The notes under the pieces were generated by a model. The model had not been told where the DNA came from. It saw only the letters and a program-made list of their open reading frames with translations, and did not search any database. Below, one piece after another: positions 1-11,734 of a stretch of 64,000 nt of DNA (positions within the stretch are counted from its first letter, which is position 1; each line of letters begins with the position of its first letter). The DNA lies in assembly GCA_030324005.1 (NCBI GenBank), contig JARDVH010000132.1:36824980-36888979 (forward strand). The letters run 5' to 3'. This DNA is from Negaprion brevirostris (lineage: Eukaryota). The translations under genes were made by a program, and so were the position numbers.

Positions 1-410
1 AGAGTTCCCCAAAAAGGAGCTGCTTGGGTATGCGCTCATCTGGCATACGGATGACATGACCTGCCCACCGGGTCTGCGCTCTCATCAGCAGTGTGTGGAC
101 TGATGGTAGACTTGCTCTCGAGAGAACTTCAGTGTCTGGTACTTCGTCTTGCCAACGGATATGTAATATTCTGCAAAGACAAGTCACGTGGAAATGATTG
201 AGCTGTCTTGCATGCCCTTGATACACAGTCCATGTTTCACAGGCATACAGGAGGTAGTGAGTATCGCGGCGCTGTCGACCTTCAGTTTTGTTGCTGGGCT
301 GATTCCTCAATGCTCCCATATGGTGGAGCGCAGTCTACCGAAAGCAGAACTTTCTGCTTTTATGCATCCTGCATTTTACGCAGTTTATTCTGGACTGTCC
401 TGCGAGCACT
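1..410 (-). mobile_element. RTE-clade LINE ORF2 C-terminal fragment (degenerate)
   Basis: Minus-strand translation gives ...AFGRL..., then after a frameshift LLYACETWTVYQGHARQLNHFH...RILHIRWQDEVPDTEVLSRASLPSVHTLLMRAQTRWAGHVIRMPDERIPKQLLFGEL, typical of the post-RT region of RTE LINEs. Confidence 0.8.
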
Positions 411-559
411 GGTAAAAGCATTTTTCTTGGCAGTTGATGATGGGTCGTTCTGACAGGCCCAATAAAGGTGGTGCTTTTCAACAAATAGAGACTCTATCTC
501 CTCATCATTCTCATCCAACTAGTCACGCTGCTTGCAGGCAGCGGGCCCAAGCATCTTCA

Positions 560-1120
560 GTGCAGATGAACTTTCATTATTGGCAGCCTACCTCCTTGGT
601 AAAGAACGATGCAAAGTATTCATTTAATACCCCAGCTATGTCACCAGTCTCCATATTAAATTCCTTTTTACAATCCTTAATGACCCTACTACTACTTTTA
701 ACCACGATTTTACAATTTATATGCCTATGGAAGACTTTGAGATTCCCTTTATGTTAACTGCCAGTCTTTTCTCATAATCCCTCTTCACTTCTGATTTTTT
801 CACCTCCCCTTAAAACTTTCTGTATTCCCCTTGTTCTCAACTGTATCTTCTACCTGATATTTGACATATGTACACTTTTTCTTCTTGATCTTAATTTCCA
901 TCTCCTTTTTCGTCCAGGGAGCTCTGGATGTGTTTGCCCTACTTCTTTTTAAGGAAATATACCTCAACTGTGCCCTGACCATCTGTTTTGGAGGTAGCCC
1001 ATTAGTCGACTACAATTTTTCTCACCAATCTTATTCCAGTTCAACCAGCCCAGTTCCATTCTTGCCCCATTGAAGTTGGCCCTCTGCCAGTTTACTTTGA
1101 ACTGCCTATTTTCCTTCTCT
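560..1120 (-). mobile_element. CR1-type LINE ORF2 fragment (degenerate)
   Basis: Reverse complement of ~590-640 reads VLNEYFASFFTKE, the CR1 linker motif; flanks are stop-riddled. Confidence 0.65.
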
Positions 1121-2209
1121 ATCATCATTGCAATCATTGAATGCTAACCATCTCAGAGGTGACAAGGCTCTTTCCCAGAAGCGGTCGTACCAGCAAGTTG
1201 AGCTACCACTCAGAAATCAGGGAAAGGAGTAAAATCTTATATATCCAAAAGGTCATACGAAGCATTTTTGAACAGCCAGATCAAAGACAGTCCCTGACTA
1301 AAAACTGTTAGATTGCCCATCCTCTGTCACAGAACAGCAAGTGGACCTTGAAAACCTACAAAGAGTAAAGGTAAAAAACTTCCCTAATTGTACTGATGCA
1401 GCTCTGTGGTTAGACAGTATATGAAACTATTCAACGGACAAGGGAAAAGAACAGAACATGCAGTTAATATTCAACAGGTCAGTCAGCATCTATGGAGGAA
1501 AAAAAGTTTATATTTAATGTCAATAATCTTTTGATGAATCAGGGAACTTTTGAAGATCTCTCAATAGCTGACTAGACTATGACTTTGTGTTTAAACAGGA
1601 GGTGTTATAAGGTGAAGTAACATTTATAAGGTGTAAATAGGCAGAAAAAAATTAATACTCACTTCCTAAGCATGCATAACAGATATGAAATGGTGATGTT
1701 TCAAATTCATTATGAACATGAACACCCACCATTTTAACAAACTTCTCAAAAGTTAGACCGTAAATTAAACCTAATACAATATATCAACCATTTTGCAACA
1801 AAACACTTGATTTTGTGATCATTTAAATCACAACTGTAGCTATCAGGCCTTCTAAAGTACCTACATGATATACTGAATTCACTAATAACTTTGCTAGGAA
1901 GCTCAAAAGCATGCAATTGTGCAGAGACAATTAGATACTATTGCTGCAGAGTTAAATATCGAACCACATGAATTTAAGGAATAGGAAAAGACCAAAAAGG
2001 CCAACCTTGACTATTTTATTTGATTTCAATTCCAATTTACACTATCCTTTTCCACTTTGGAAATATACCTTAAGACCTCTTAGATCTATTTATATCCTGA
2101 ACTTCACAGGCCTACCTTGTTATTTATTCCACAAGTCTCTTCTCCATCTGCAAGAAACTTCTGCTCATTAATTTCTAACTTTTAAACTGTCCCTGGTAAT
2201 CTGAACACT

Positions 2210-2620
2210 TGACTTGAAAGAGCAAGCTAAACTGAAGCGGGAGAATCCAATAAAGTCAGTCATGCAATGTTGGACTCAGACAATGAATGACCACCTAGGA
2301 CACTGGCTGGTAGACTGGTCAATATTTAAGATCTCAGCGTCCAACTTAAATGAATACGGCCAATAAAGACTTCAACAGTAAGTGGGTAGAAGCAGCAAAT
2401 CTGAATGTTTCCCGACCAGAAACCATGGATGAACAGGGACATCCACTATTTACAGAAGTCAGGTGACCCTGACCTATACAAGAAATCCAGATACGATCTA
2501 CGACGAATCAAAGATGCTAAGAAACAATACCGGACCAAGCGAGAGTCCCAGGCCAGCCACATGAACACCCACCAAATACAGCAAGGTCTACAAGGTAAAG
2601 ACGTGTGGAACCACTGGCAA
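2210..2620 (+). mobile_element. Rex1/Babar-like LINE fragment (5' part)
   Basis: ORF 2405..2626 FPDQKPWMN...SGDPDLYKKSRYDLRRIKDAKKQYRTK matches the Rex1/Babar pre-RT region; continues at ~3190. Confidence 0.75.
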
Positions 2621-2639
2621 CAATAAACAAGAAAAACAG

Positions 2640-3190
2640 TACAGCAGAGATACAGGTCTCTCAGCCCTCCAAGCCTGCGCTGATCACATTGTCCTATCCA
2701 GACCAACCATTTATATCCCTCTATTCCCCGTTAGTTCATAGGTCTATCCAGATAAGTCTCAAAATGTTGTTAACATATCTGCCTCAACCACCTCACTTGG
2801 CAGTGCATTCAGGCCTCCCTCACTTTGTAAAAAAATTCCTCCGTGTATTTCCACTGAACCTGTCCCCCTTTATTTTGAACTTCTGCCCTTGTGTGTAATT
2901 TCTGTCTTGGGAAAAAGTTTGGTGACGCCTCAGTCTTTTTCAGGAGAACAATCCCCTTCATTTAATCTGTCCTCATTGCTAATACCCTCCACACTAGGCA
3001 ACATCCTGGTCATTTATATATATTAAAAAGAGCAGGGGTCCCAGCACTGATCCTTGTGGAACACCACTAGTTACAGGCCCTCATTCAGAAAAACACTCTT
3101 CCACCACTACCCTCTCTCTTCTATGGCCAAGCCAGTTCTGAATCCATCTAGCTCGTTCACGCCGATCCCATGAGATTTAATCTCTTCTAC
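2640..3190 (-). mobile_element. CR1 LINE 3' fragments nested in the Rex1 element
   Basis: ggtcccagcactgatccttgtggaacaccactagttac is the reverse complement of VTSGVPQGSVLGP; CR1-like 3' end near 2640-2900. Confidence 0.75.
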
Positions 3191-4880
3191 TCATCCCGGA
3201 CGAGCTCAACATATTCTATGCCCGTTTTGAGCAAGAGGTCAGTGAGAGGACATCATCCACCCCAGAAGACTCGGTCAGACTTGTATCTGAGAACACAACT
3301 GCAGATGTCATATCGGTCTTCTTGAAAGTTCACCCATGGAAAGCGACTGACCTAGATGGGATACCCAGATGAGCACCCAGATTCTGCGTGGACCAGCTGG
3401 CGGGGGTATTCACAGACATTGTTAACAACTTCTTACTCCAATTTGAGATTCCTACCTGCATCAAGAAGACGACCATCATCCCGTGCCAAAGAAAAGCCAG
3501 GCAGCATGTCTTACTGACTACTACTGGGTAGCTCTGACATCCAAACTTGTGAGGTATTTTGAAGGTTTTGTCATGGCACACATCAATATGCACCAAATGA
3601 CTCAAGAACAATTTCTCCCCTGTTGCCATCAGACTTTTGAATGGACCTATCAAATATTCTGATCTTTTTCTTCACCATATCTGTAAATGCAACACAATTT
3701 GCATCCTTTCCTTCTCTCTTATGTACTCAATGAATGGTATGTTTTGTCCGTATAGTGCACAAGAAACAATACTTTTCAGTGTATCCCAGATTGCCTGGAT
3801 CCAGTCTTTTGCCTATCGATGCAATAGGTCCACAGCAGACATCATCTCCCTTGCTCTACATTCAGTCCTGGAACACCTGGATAATAACGACACTTATGTA
3901 AGACTCCTATTTGTTGACTACAGCTTACCCTTCAACATCATTATCCCAACAAAATATCTCCAAACTCCATGGCCTAGGGCTTGGCTCCTCCTAGGGGAGG
4001 TGTCCTCAACTNNNNNNNNNNNNNNNNCTTATACACTTACGGCTATATGGCCAAATTCTGCTCCAAATCTATTTTCAAGTTTGCTGATGACAGCATGGTA
4101 GCGGATCCGACCTCAAACAATAACGAGATGAAGTACAGGAAAATGGATAGTGAATCTGGGGAAATGGTGCAATGACAGTAATCTCTCCCTCAGTGTCAGT
4201 AAAACCAAGGAGATAGTCATTGACTTCAGGAAACAGAGTGGAGGACTTGCTGCTGTCATCGTCAACGGTAATGAAGTGGAAATATCGAGACCTTCAAGTT
4301 TCTCGGTGATCAGATCAGAACAATCTGTTCTGGTCCCTCCACACCAACGTTATCCTTAAGAAAGCCCATCAACACCTCTACTCTCACACAAAGCTAAGAA
4401 AGCCAAGAAAATTTGGTACGTCCATAACGACTCTCCCAATTTTTCTAGATGCATCATAGAAAGCGTGCTTTCCGGATATATCACAGCTTAGTATGGTGCT
4501 TGTACTGACCAAGATTGCAAGAAACTACAAAGGGTTGTCAACGTAACCCAGTCCAACATGCAAATCAATCGCCCACCCACCAACTCCATCTACACTTCGG
4601 GCTACCTCAGAAAAGCAGCCAGCAAAATCAAGGACCCCATGCAACCCAGGCACACTCTCTTCCACCTTCCTCCGTTGGGGAAAAGTCTGAGAACCAATTG
4701 ACCAACTCAAGAACAACTTCTTCCAGTTGCTCTCAGACTTCTTCACCATATCTGTAAACGCAACACTCTATTCTGCACCCTTTCCTTCTCTATGTACTCA
4801 ATGGTATGCTTTGTCTATATAGTGCATAAGAAACAATATTTTTCATTGTATCCCAATACATGTGGTAATAATAAAATCAG
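3190..4880 (+). mobile_element. Rex1/Babar-like LINE reverse transcriptase and 3' end (degenerate)
   Basis: Fragments PDELNIFYARFEQE, DQLAGVFTDI, KKTTIIPVP, FAYRCNRSTADIISLALHSVLEHLDNNDTYVRLLFVDYS, IFKFADD, KTKEIVIDFRK; 3' tail ends near 4880. Confidence 0.85.
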
Positions 4881-5867
4881 CTAAGTTCAACCCAACCATT
4901 CACTGTATTGAAAACTTCAGTTAGGCCAACTCAGAATGTGATAATTCCTAAAGATGAATCTACATTTATTCATTGCTCAAAATTATCCTAATTACTGGCA
5001 TTTGACTTTCATGAACAATACCATGTTGAAGGGACAATAATTGTCATCTGACGATCTTGAAACATGTCAGAGCAACAAGGTCCTTTGACCAATAAAATCC
5101 TTTGTTAACACAATAAATACAGATCATCATAAGTGCCTTTTCCATGATGGCCAAGAATTATCCAATAACCCCCATACACATTTCCACAACCAGCAATTTT
5201 ATGATTATTCAATTTTAATACATTCCTTTATTGGTTTCATGTTAGAATGTAATATGCACTGGTGCATATTGTCCAAGTCTAGTTATTTACAAAACACAAA
5301 CTTTCTGAATCTCAAATTGATTCTCATGACTTGCTGATATTTATACGTATCTACTGCATTCATCCAAGTTATTTGCACATATAAAATATAGCAAAGCCCC
5401 AAGGCTGGACTCAACCTCTTTCTGGCTTGAAAAATCTTCCATTTGCGCCAAATCTGTGTTACATATTCTACCACTCAGTAAAGGACTCTTCGTTTTCACA
5501 ATTAGTCATTAATGTGAACCTTGTTACAATTGTGAGCTTCAATACATGATTTTTTACGACTATGTAACTTTGGGTATCACATAACCTGCTTTGAAGTCTG
5601 CTGTACAGTAAGCCTGGGTGTTTTGATTGTTAGAGATTAAAGGAAGGTTTAAGTTATTTTACTGGGAAGAAGGTGCAAGGTACTTATGCTTGGAGATAAG
5701 GGCAGCAATCCCGAACTTTACAATGAGTAGGCTGTGAATTTCCCAAAGTCTCAGATAGGTTTTGAAGGTATTAGATTGTAAACAGTTGTACTGCAAACTN
5801 NNNNNNNNNGGATGAGGGCAAGAAACCATTTCTGAGATCAGGTTACAGACTTCCCTGCAAATCAATA

Positions 5868-6130
5868 AAGTTAAACTTTATTTATTAGTTACAGTAAGGC
5901 TTCCATTAACACTGCAATGAAGTTACTGTGAAATTCCCCTAGTTGCCACAATCCAGCACTTGTTCTGGTCAATGCACCTAACCAGCATGTCTTTCAGAAT
6001 GTAGGAGGAAATCAGAGCACCCAGAGAAAATCCACGCAAACACAGGGAGATGCACAAACTCCACAATGACAGTGATCAAAGCCTGGAATCGAACCTAGAC
6101 CCCCTGGCGCTGTGAAGCAGCAGTACTGTC
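5868..6130 (-). mobile_element. tRNA-derived SINE with V-SINE/HE1-like core
   Basis: B-box (revcomp of ggaatcgaacc) and conserved core ggaggaaatcagagcacccagagaaaatccacgc; near-identical layout to the copy at 61010-61275. Confidence 0.75.
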
Positions 6131-6499
6131 ACAAGTATCACAATAAGCCAGCAGTTTTGTGTGGTCAGCAGAGAGAAGAGACTACTTGGCTTTGTGAATT
6201 ACCAAAACTGGGGATGGGGAAAAGAGACAGCCTCCAGTCTCCCACAGCCATCTAAGGATTCCAGTAGATTCATCCCGTCTTGACCAAAGGGGACAAACTA
6301 TCACTGCTGGCACTGGATTTAAGAAACTTTCTGAAAACTAATGGAAGAGCCTGAAGGTACTCACTCAAGTTACAACTGTGCACTGTTTTCAAAAAGGACT
6401 ATAATTCCAAGAGTGACGTGTGTACCGTTCATACAAGGGGAACAGTCCTTTTTGTAGTTTTAAGTATAAGATACTCCTATAAGATACTCCAATACTCCT

Positions 6500-6680
6500 A
6501 AGGGTTCTGCCATTTACTATATATTTCCTATCTGTATTAGACCTTCCCAAATGCATTACCTCACATTTGTCCAGATTAAACTCCTCCTGCCATCTCTCCG
6601 CCTAAGTCTCCAACTGATCTATATCCTGCTGTATCTTCTGATGGTCCTCATCACTATCCTCAAATCCACCAACCTACTAA
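6500..6680 (-). mobile_element. CR1 LINE RT fragment
   Basis: Reverse complement encodes QQDIDQLET..ERWQEEFNLDKCEVMHLGRSN, the CR1 RT C-terminal motif. Confidence 0.75.
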
Positions 6681-7855
6681 TCAATCCAGTACTTACAGTC
6701 GGTTCTGCTTCCACTTAACATACACTGTGCTTGATTTTAATAACCACCGTATATGGATAATTTGCCAGTGATCAGCATGTCAATGCTCACACAGGGTGCG
6801 TAATATGTAAAATCCCCCATCTCAAGTGTGGGTCACTTGGGTGAGACCAATCTTCTAAGTTGTGTGGCTATGTGCCCATGGAGAAATCCACAACACATCA
6901 TACAGTGCAACAAACAAGCATGTGCACAAAGAAAAATTGGAAGGAACATGGAATGAGACAGTTTCCACCAACTGTGCACTGTACTCTTGCAAGTGTCAAA
7001 AAATGAAAAATTTGAAAAGAATAAAACTTGAACGGTTTCTCAATCTAATTTGTAATCAATCTGACAAGTCTCTCTGCAATTTAGTTTGAGCTGAAGCAGA
7101 TACTTCTCTGCAACAAAATATACTTTGGTATCTTTTGTTCTTCATAAGTAATTCATTTCAATTTTAATGTTTAATATTTGTTTAAGTGACCAATTAAACA
7201 AAGATCAGCTATCAGATTTTGTGGTTCACAAAAATTTCTAAGCACTTTCAAGCGCAAACTAATCCAGAAGAAAAATATTGTCATTTTGTTATGCAAAAAT
7301 AGAAATGTAAACACAAATTGCAAAATTCGCTCCCATCTGGGTTTTCTCTTGCTAAATACATGAGCAAAATGTAGTGCGTCTGACAATTTGAGTCTACCAC
7401 CCTCCTGTTTCTTACACTGCACAATACGGAAAGAGACATTTAAGAATGGCTAGAATAAGTGATTCAAGATTTCCTCTACCATGCAGAAAGTCACTTAGTA
7501 ATTTAAAAGCTCAATTTCAAATTGAAATTTCAAATGGCGGGATATCTACTGGACCACCAAAACCAACCTTTCTGTTAGAATCAACAGGAAGCCCACCTAT
7601 AATGAACTAGAACAAGTGATGCATATCTTGGAAATGCATCAAATTTTATGAAAATTAAATGTCCCTACAGATTACACAAGCAAGTGTAACATAGCTTCTT
7701 CTAAGTGCTGAGCTAGCAGACTAGCTACTGTAGCAGTATTAGTTATACCTACCCCCAAGACTGAAACCTGAAACAACTGGAAGTGTGTATCTGAAGGTTT
7801 ACACTACAAACTAAAAATTAGTATAATTTTGGTTTGGATTTAATAATTTAATTAC

Positions 7856-8073
7856 CTTGTTGAAGCGTTCATGAGGAACGTACGGCAGTACAATGGGTTC
7901 CATTGTAGTAACATTTGCAAACTGCACCTCTGGAATATAAAGNNNNNNNNNNNNNNNNNNNNNNNNNNNNNNNNNNNNNNNNNNNNNNNNNNNNNNNNNN
8001 NNNNNNNNNNNNNNNNNNNNNNNNNNNNNNNNNNNNNNNNNNATATAAAGTGCACAAACCACATGGGCCCAAA
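7856..8073 (-). CDS. MLLT10: MLLT10/AF10 coding exon 4 (PHD2 of the PZP domain); contains an artificial 100-N gap
   Basis: WAHVVCALY[gap]LYIPEVQFANVTTMEPIVLPYVPHERFNK; acceptor tgtacag|TT at 8074/8073, donor AAG|gtaatt at 7856/7855; phase fits the previous exon. Confidence 0.95.
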
Positions 8074-10799
8074 CTGTACATAAATCAAAACAAAAAACCA
8101 TTATAAACCACAGAAAGTCACACAAAGTTTAGATTTTTGTCTGCTAAAGTACACAAACAAGATCTTTTTAAGTTTACAAGAATAAAAACATTCCTTAAAT
8201 CAGTCAGTGAGCAATTAAAGAAAACATTGTAATACATTCATACCAAACTGACCAAAGACATCCCGGCACTGTGCCTGAAAACCTTAATAATACGCTGAAT
8301 GTGTTGAATGAGAAAACTTGGCATGTGTCAGTTCCTTGGCTTGTAGGGTTTCCAAACCAATAGTTTAAAAGTATGACACATTAAATGCACTGCGCTGTTA
8401 CGTGGCACTGTGCCAGACACACGTGGGAAACACTGGTGAAAGACCAACAAAGAACCTTGTAGCTCAACATTCCTGACAATCATCCAGATGGTTCAAATTT
8501 CTAACACCATCCCCCTCCCGCAATGTTAACTACCAGGCATAAACAAATCTAGCCTAGAGTGATCCACTATATAGTAATCGCTTTGATCATCAACTCTTTA
8601 AGTCCTTAAAGAACTGTAACTAATTTTTTATAGTAGCGAAAATCCAAATATTACAATCTTCTCTCCAGTGATAATGATAGCTGTCTGCAGCACATATTTT
8701 CCCATAGCCAATGTCTTGTTTCCAAAATAATGTTTTTTATCTTCAGTTGAACTTTCATGCTCTTGTACCATAAATATGACCTCATAGCATCTCAAAATAC
8801 ACACAGACACAAGTTTAACACCAGATCAAGCCATTAGTAATTCAAGTTAAATCTCAAAATCAGTTCTTCAATAGGAAAGCCAAAAATGCCAAATATATTA
8901 CTGAGTTGAGGCAAACAGGCAAAATTGTTTAAGACTATTTTTGGTTCAAGTAAAATGATTGAACGTTTAATAATTCAGTGCAAATGTACCTCAGTCGAGA
9001 AGGTACAGAGGGATTCAACTAACTGAAACTAACTACACTGCACCTGGTGACCAACTCAATTTGAAAAATTCTCACCATTTCGGCCTGCAGTTGCAATATC
9101 ATTAAGAGCATCCAAATTTTACGTACACATATCAATACACACCTTACAATTTTCACACAACTCCTCAAATACTACTACCTTTTAATTATTTTATTCAGTC
9201 ATTACATAGAACATACGTGATACAAATTAATCTCAGAAAAGCTGTTTAAAATCTGGGATTAAGTGTGTGCAATTACTGCACATCTCAATCTGTACTCAGC
9301 AGCTAATATTCCATTGTAAAACTACCATAATCAAGCCCTCCAAGACACAAAATTCAAATTTGTCAGCTCGCACCAGAGCTGTCAACTCTCAAACTAAGAT
9401 CAAAAGTCAATATGATAATCTCCTAAATTTCTGTTGTTAAATGTACCTGGACCTGAAACCTAGCCATTTGAACAAGGAAGATTCAGAAGTCAATATAGAT
9501 TTGTCATATTTGCTGATGTCGACCAAGTGGCATACTAAACTGACCTTAATCCCCTGGGGTGGGAGGGGAAAATGTGCCAGTCAGGATTATCAAATGAAAC
9601 ATTACACAAATCTGTGTATGCAGATATTATGATGGGCAAAATCTGGGATTTCCCAATAGCCATTGTACATATTGACTAACTGCCTGGGCTAAGAATGCAA
9701 TTCATGCCAATGGAACTATACTCCAGCATGGTGAAGCAGGTCGAGAAAAAGTATTCACTTCAGTCTCCTACTAATCAGTAGCAAAATATACAATGTACCT
9801 TTGGCACTGTGCTTTACAGACCAGGAAGGTAACCTTTATGATTCCTGGACAATGCTGAGATAGCAGCACATCACTACTGGAACAGCAGCACTGCCACTAC
9901 AACTGACTTCAGGTTTCTGGCTAATGCAGTTTGATGAAAAGATTGGGAAGGTGCAGGTAGAAATCAGTTACCAACCCATTCTAAATAGGTAAATATCCAA
10001 AGACATTCTGGTGATTCACAACAGTTTTGTGATACGATAATTCAGTGCAAAAACTAGTTTCCACTCTTCCCTTCTGGATCTTCTCCCTATCCCAAATTTA
10101 TCCCACTCAAGAAGAATCAGCTCCTAAATATAAGCTTCAATAAGTATCATCTGCTCTCAATTCATTATGAAGTTAGTTCTGGTTTATTTTTAAAGGGCCT
10201 ACATTGCTAACATTGACATCCCATTCCCGAATACCACCGAAACAGAAGACGAATACAAGCTTATATTTAATATGGTATCCCTGATCTTTAGTAAATTGTA
10301 GCATCCAAGCTTGCACATGAACAACAGACAGGTGAAAGAATCAGAGGGTTAAACAGCTCCTGTGGCACCACAACCCTGTGAAGTGGAGACATATGATAGA
10401 AAGTTGACTTATATTTGTACAAAGAAATACAAGGGAACAGCACCAACAAGACAAAAAGATAAAATTATCTTTATNNNNNNNNNNACTATTTCAAGGCAAT
10501 TATTATTACACAAGACAAAATCTATGGACCGTGCACATGGACTAGTAATAATTAACAATGACAGCATTAAGCAAAGCTTGAGCAGTACACCAGTACAACC
10601 AACTGAACCTTGAGGTCATTGTTAACTGACAGTTTTTTTTTTAAATAAGGATATTATTTTATCTCTGGCATTTTTTGACATGTATTCTGTCCATCACAAG
10701 CATGAAGCTCTGTTTTAAGTATTAAAACAATTCCTTGCAATATATTTAAAATGAAAGGATAATATCCTTGAAGATTCAAGAAGTGACTCAGCTAGTTGA

Positions 10800-11490
10800 A
10801 CACTCTCATTTATGATCTTCCCTCAACAGCAAAAGCTGGGCCATTAGCAGAACATGTGGGACAACAGTAAGAGAGGGTCTTAGCTCCAAAGAGCAGGAAA
10901 TAAAGTCAGCGTAGGTGGAAATAAGGGGAAGAAAACACAAATGGGAACATTTTGAAGGCCATTTACTAGGAGCTGTACTATTGGACAGCATATTAAATCA
11001 AGAAATCAGAGCTGTTTATAACAAAGGTAATGCAAGAATCATGGAAGATGTTAACATTCATAGAGACTGCCATTTGAATTGGCAAAAGGTGTTTGAAGGA
11101 CAAGTTTGTAAAATGCTTTCAAGATGGTTTCCAAAAACAATGCACCTCGGATCAAAGGAAAAGGCTGCTTTGGAGCTTGTATGGTATAATTACAGGATAA
11201 ATTAATAATCTCATACAAGCATTCTCTAGAGAAGAGTGATCATGTGACAGAATTTCACATCCCATTTACATTCAAGAATAATGTACTTCAATCCAACACT
11301 GGAGTAATAAATTTAAAATAAAGCTAATTATTTCAGTGAGAGAGAGGAGTTAACTAAGGTAATTGGAAAATTACATTAAAATCTGTAATGGTGAATAAGT
11401 AATGACAAACATTGAATAAATATTCAGAATCCTCAACAAAGGTACTTTCCTTCAAGAAATAAAAACAGATCCAACAATAGTTGAAGAAAT
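10800..11490 (+). mobile_element. CR1-like LINE endonuclease region (highly degenerate)
   Basis: ORF 10915..11205 INQEIRAVYNKGNARIMEDVNIH resembles the APE GDFN region of CR1; apparently continues at 13690. Confidence 0.6.
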
Positions 11491-11734
11491 TTAAGGATGG
11501 TATTTGGTAATACAATTTAACGTTGCCAAGCCATAGTNNNNNNNNNNNNNNNNNNNNNNNNNNNNNNNNNNNNNNNNNNNNNNNNNNNNNNNNNNNNNNN
11601 NNNNNNNNNNNNNNNNNNNNNNNNNNNNNNNNNNNNNNNNNNNNNNNNNNNNNNNNNNNNNNNNNNNNNNNNNNNNNNNNNNNNNNNNNNNNNNNNNNNN
11701 NNNNNNNNNNNNNNNNNNNNNAAGCAAGTATTGT

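Noticed and set aside
6465-6502. Short tandem duplication tataagatactcc
   Set aside because: Small slippage-type repeat at a CR1 fragment edge with no further structure.
1-7800. Next MLLT10 exon (TCYIC..QGRESK)
   Set aside because: I could not find it on the minus strand; it probably lies left of the window or in a gap.
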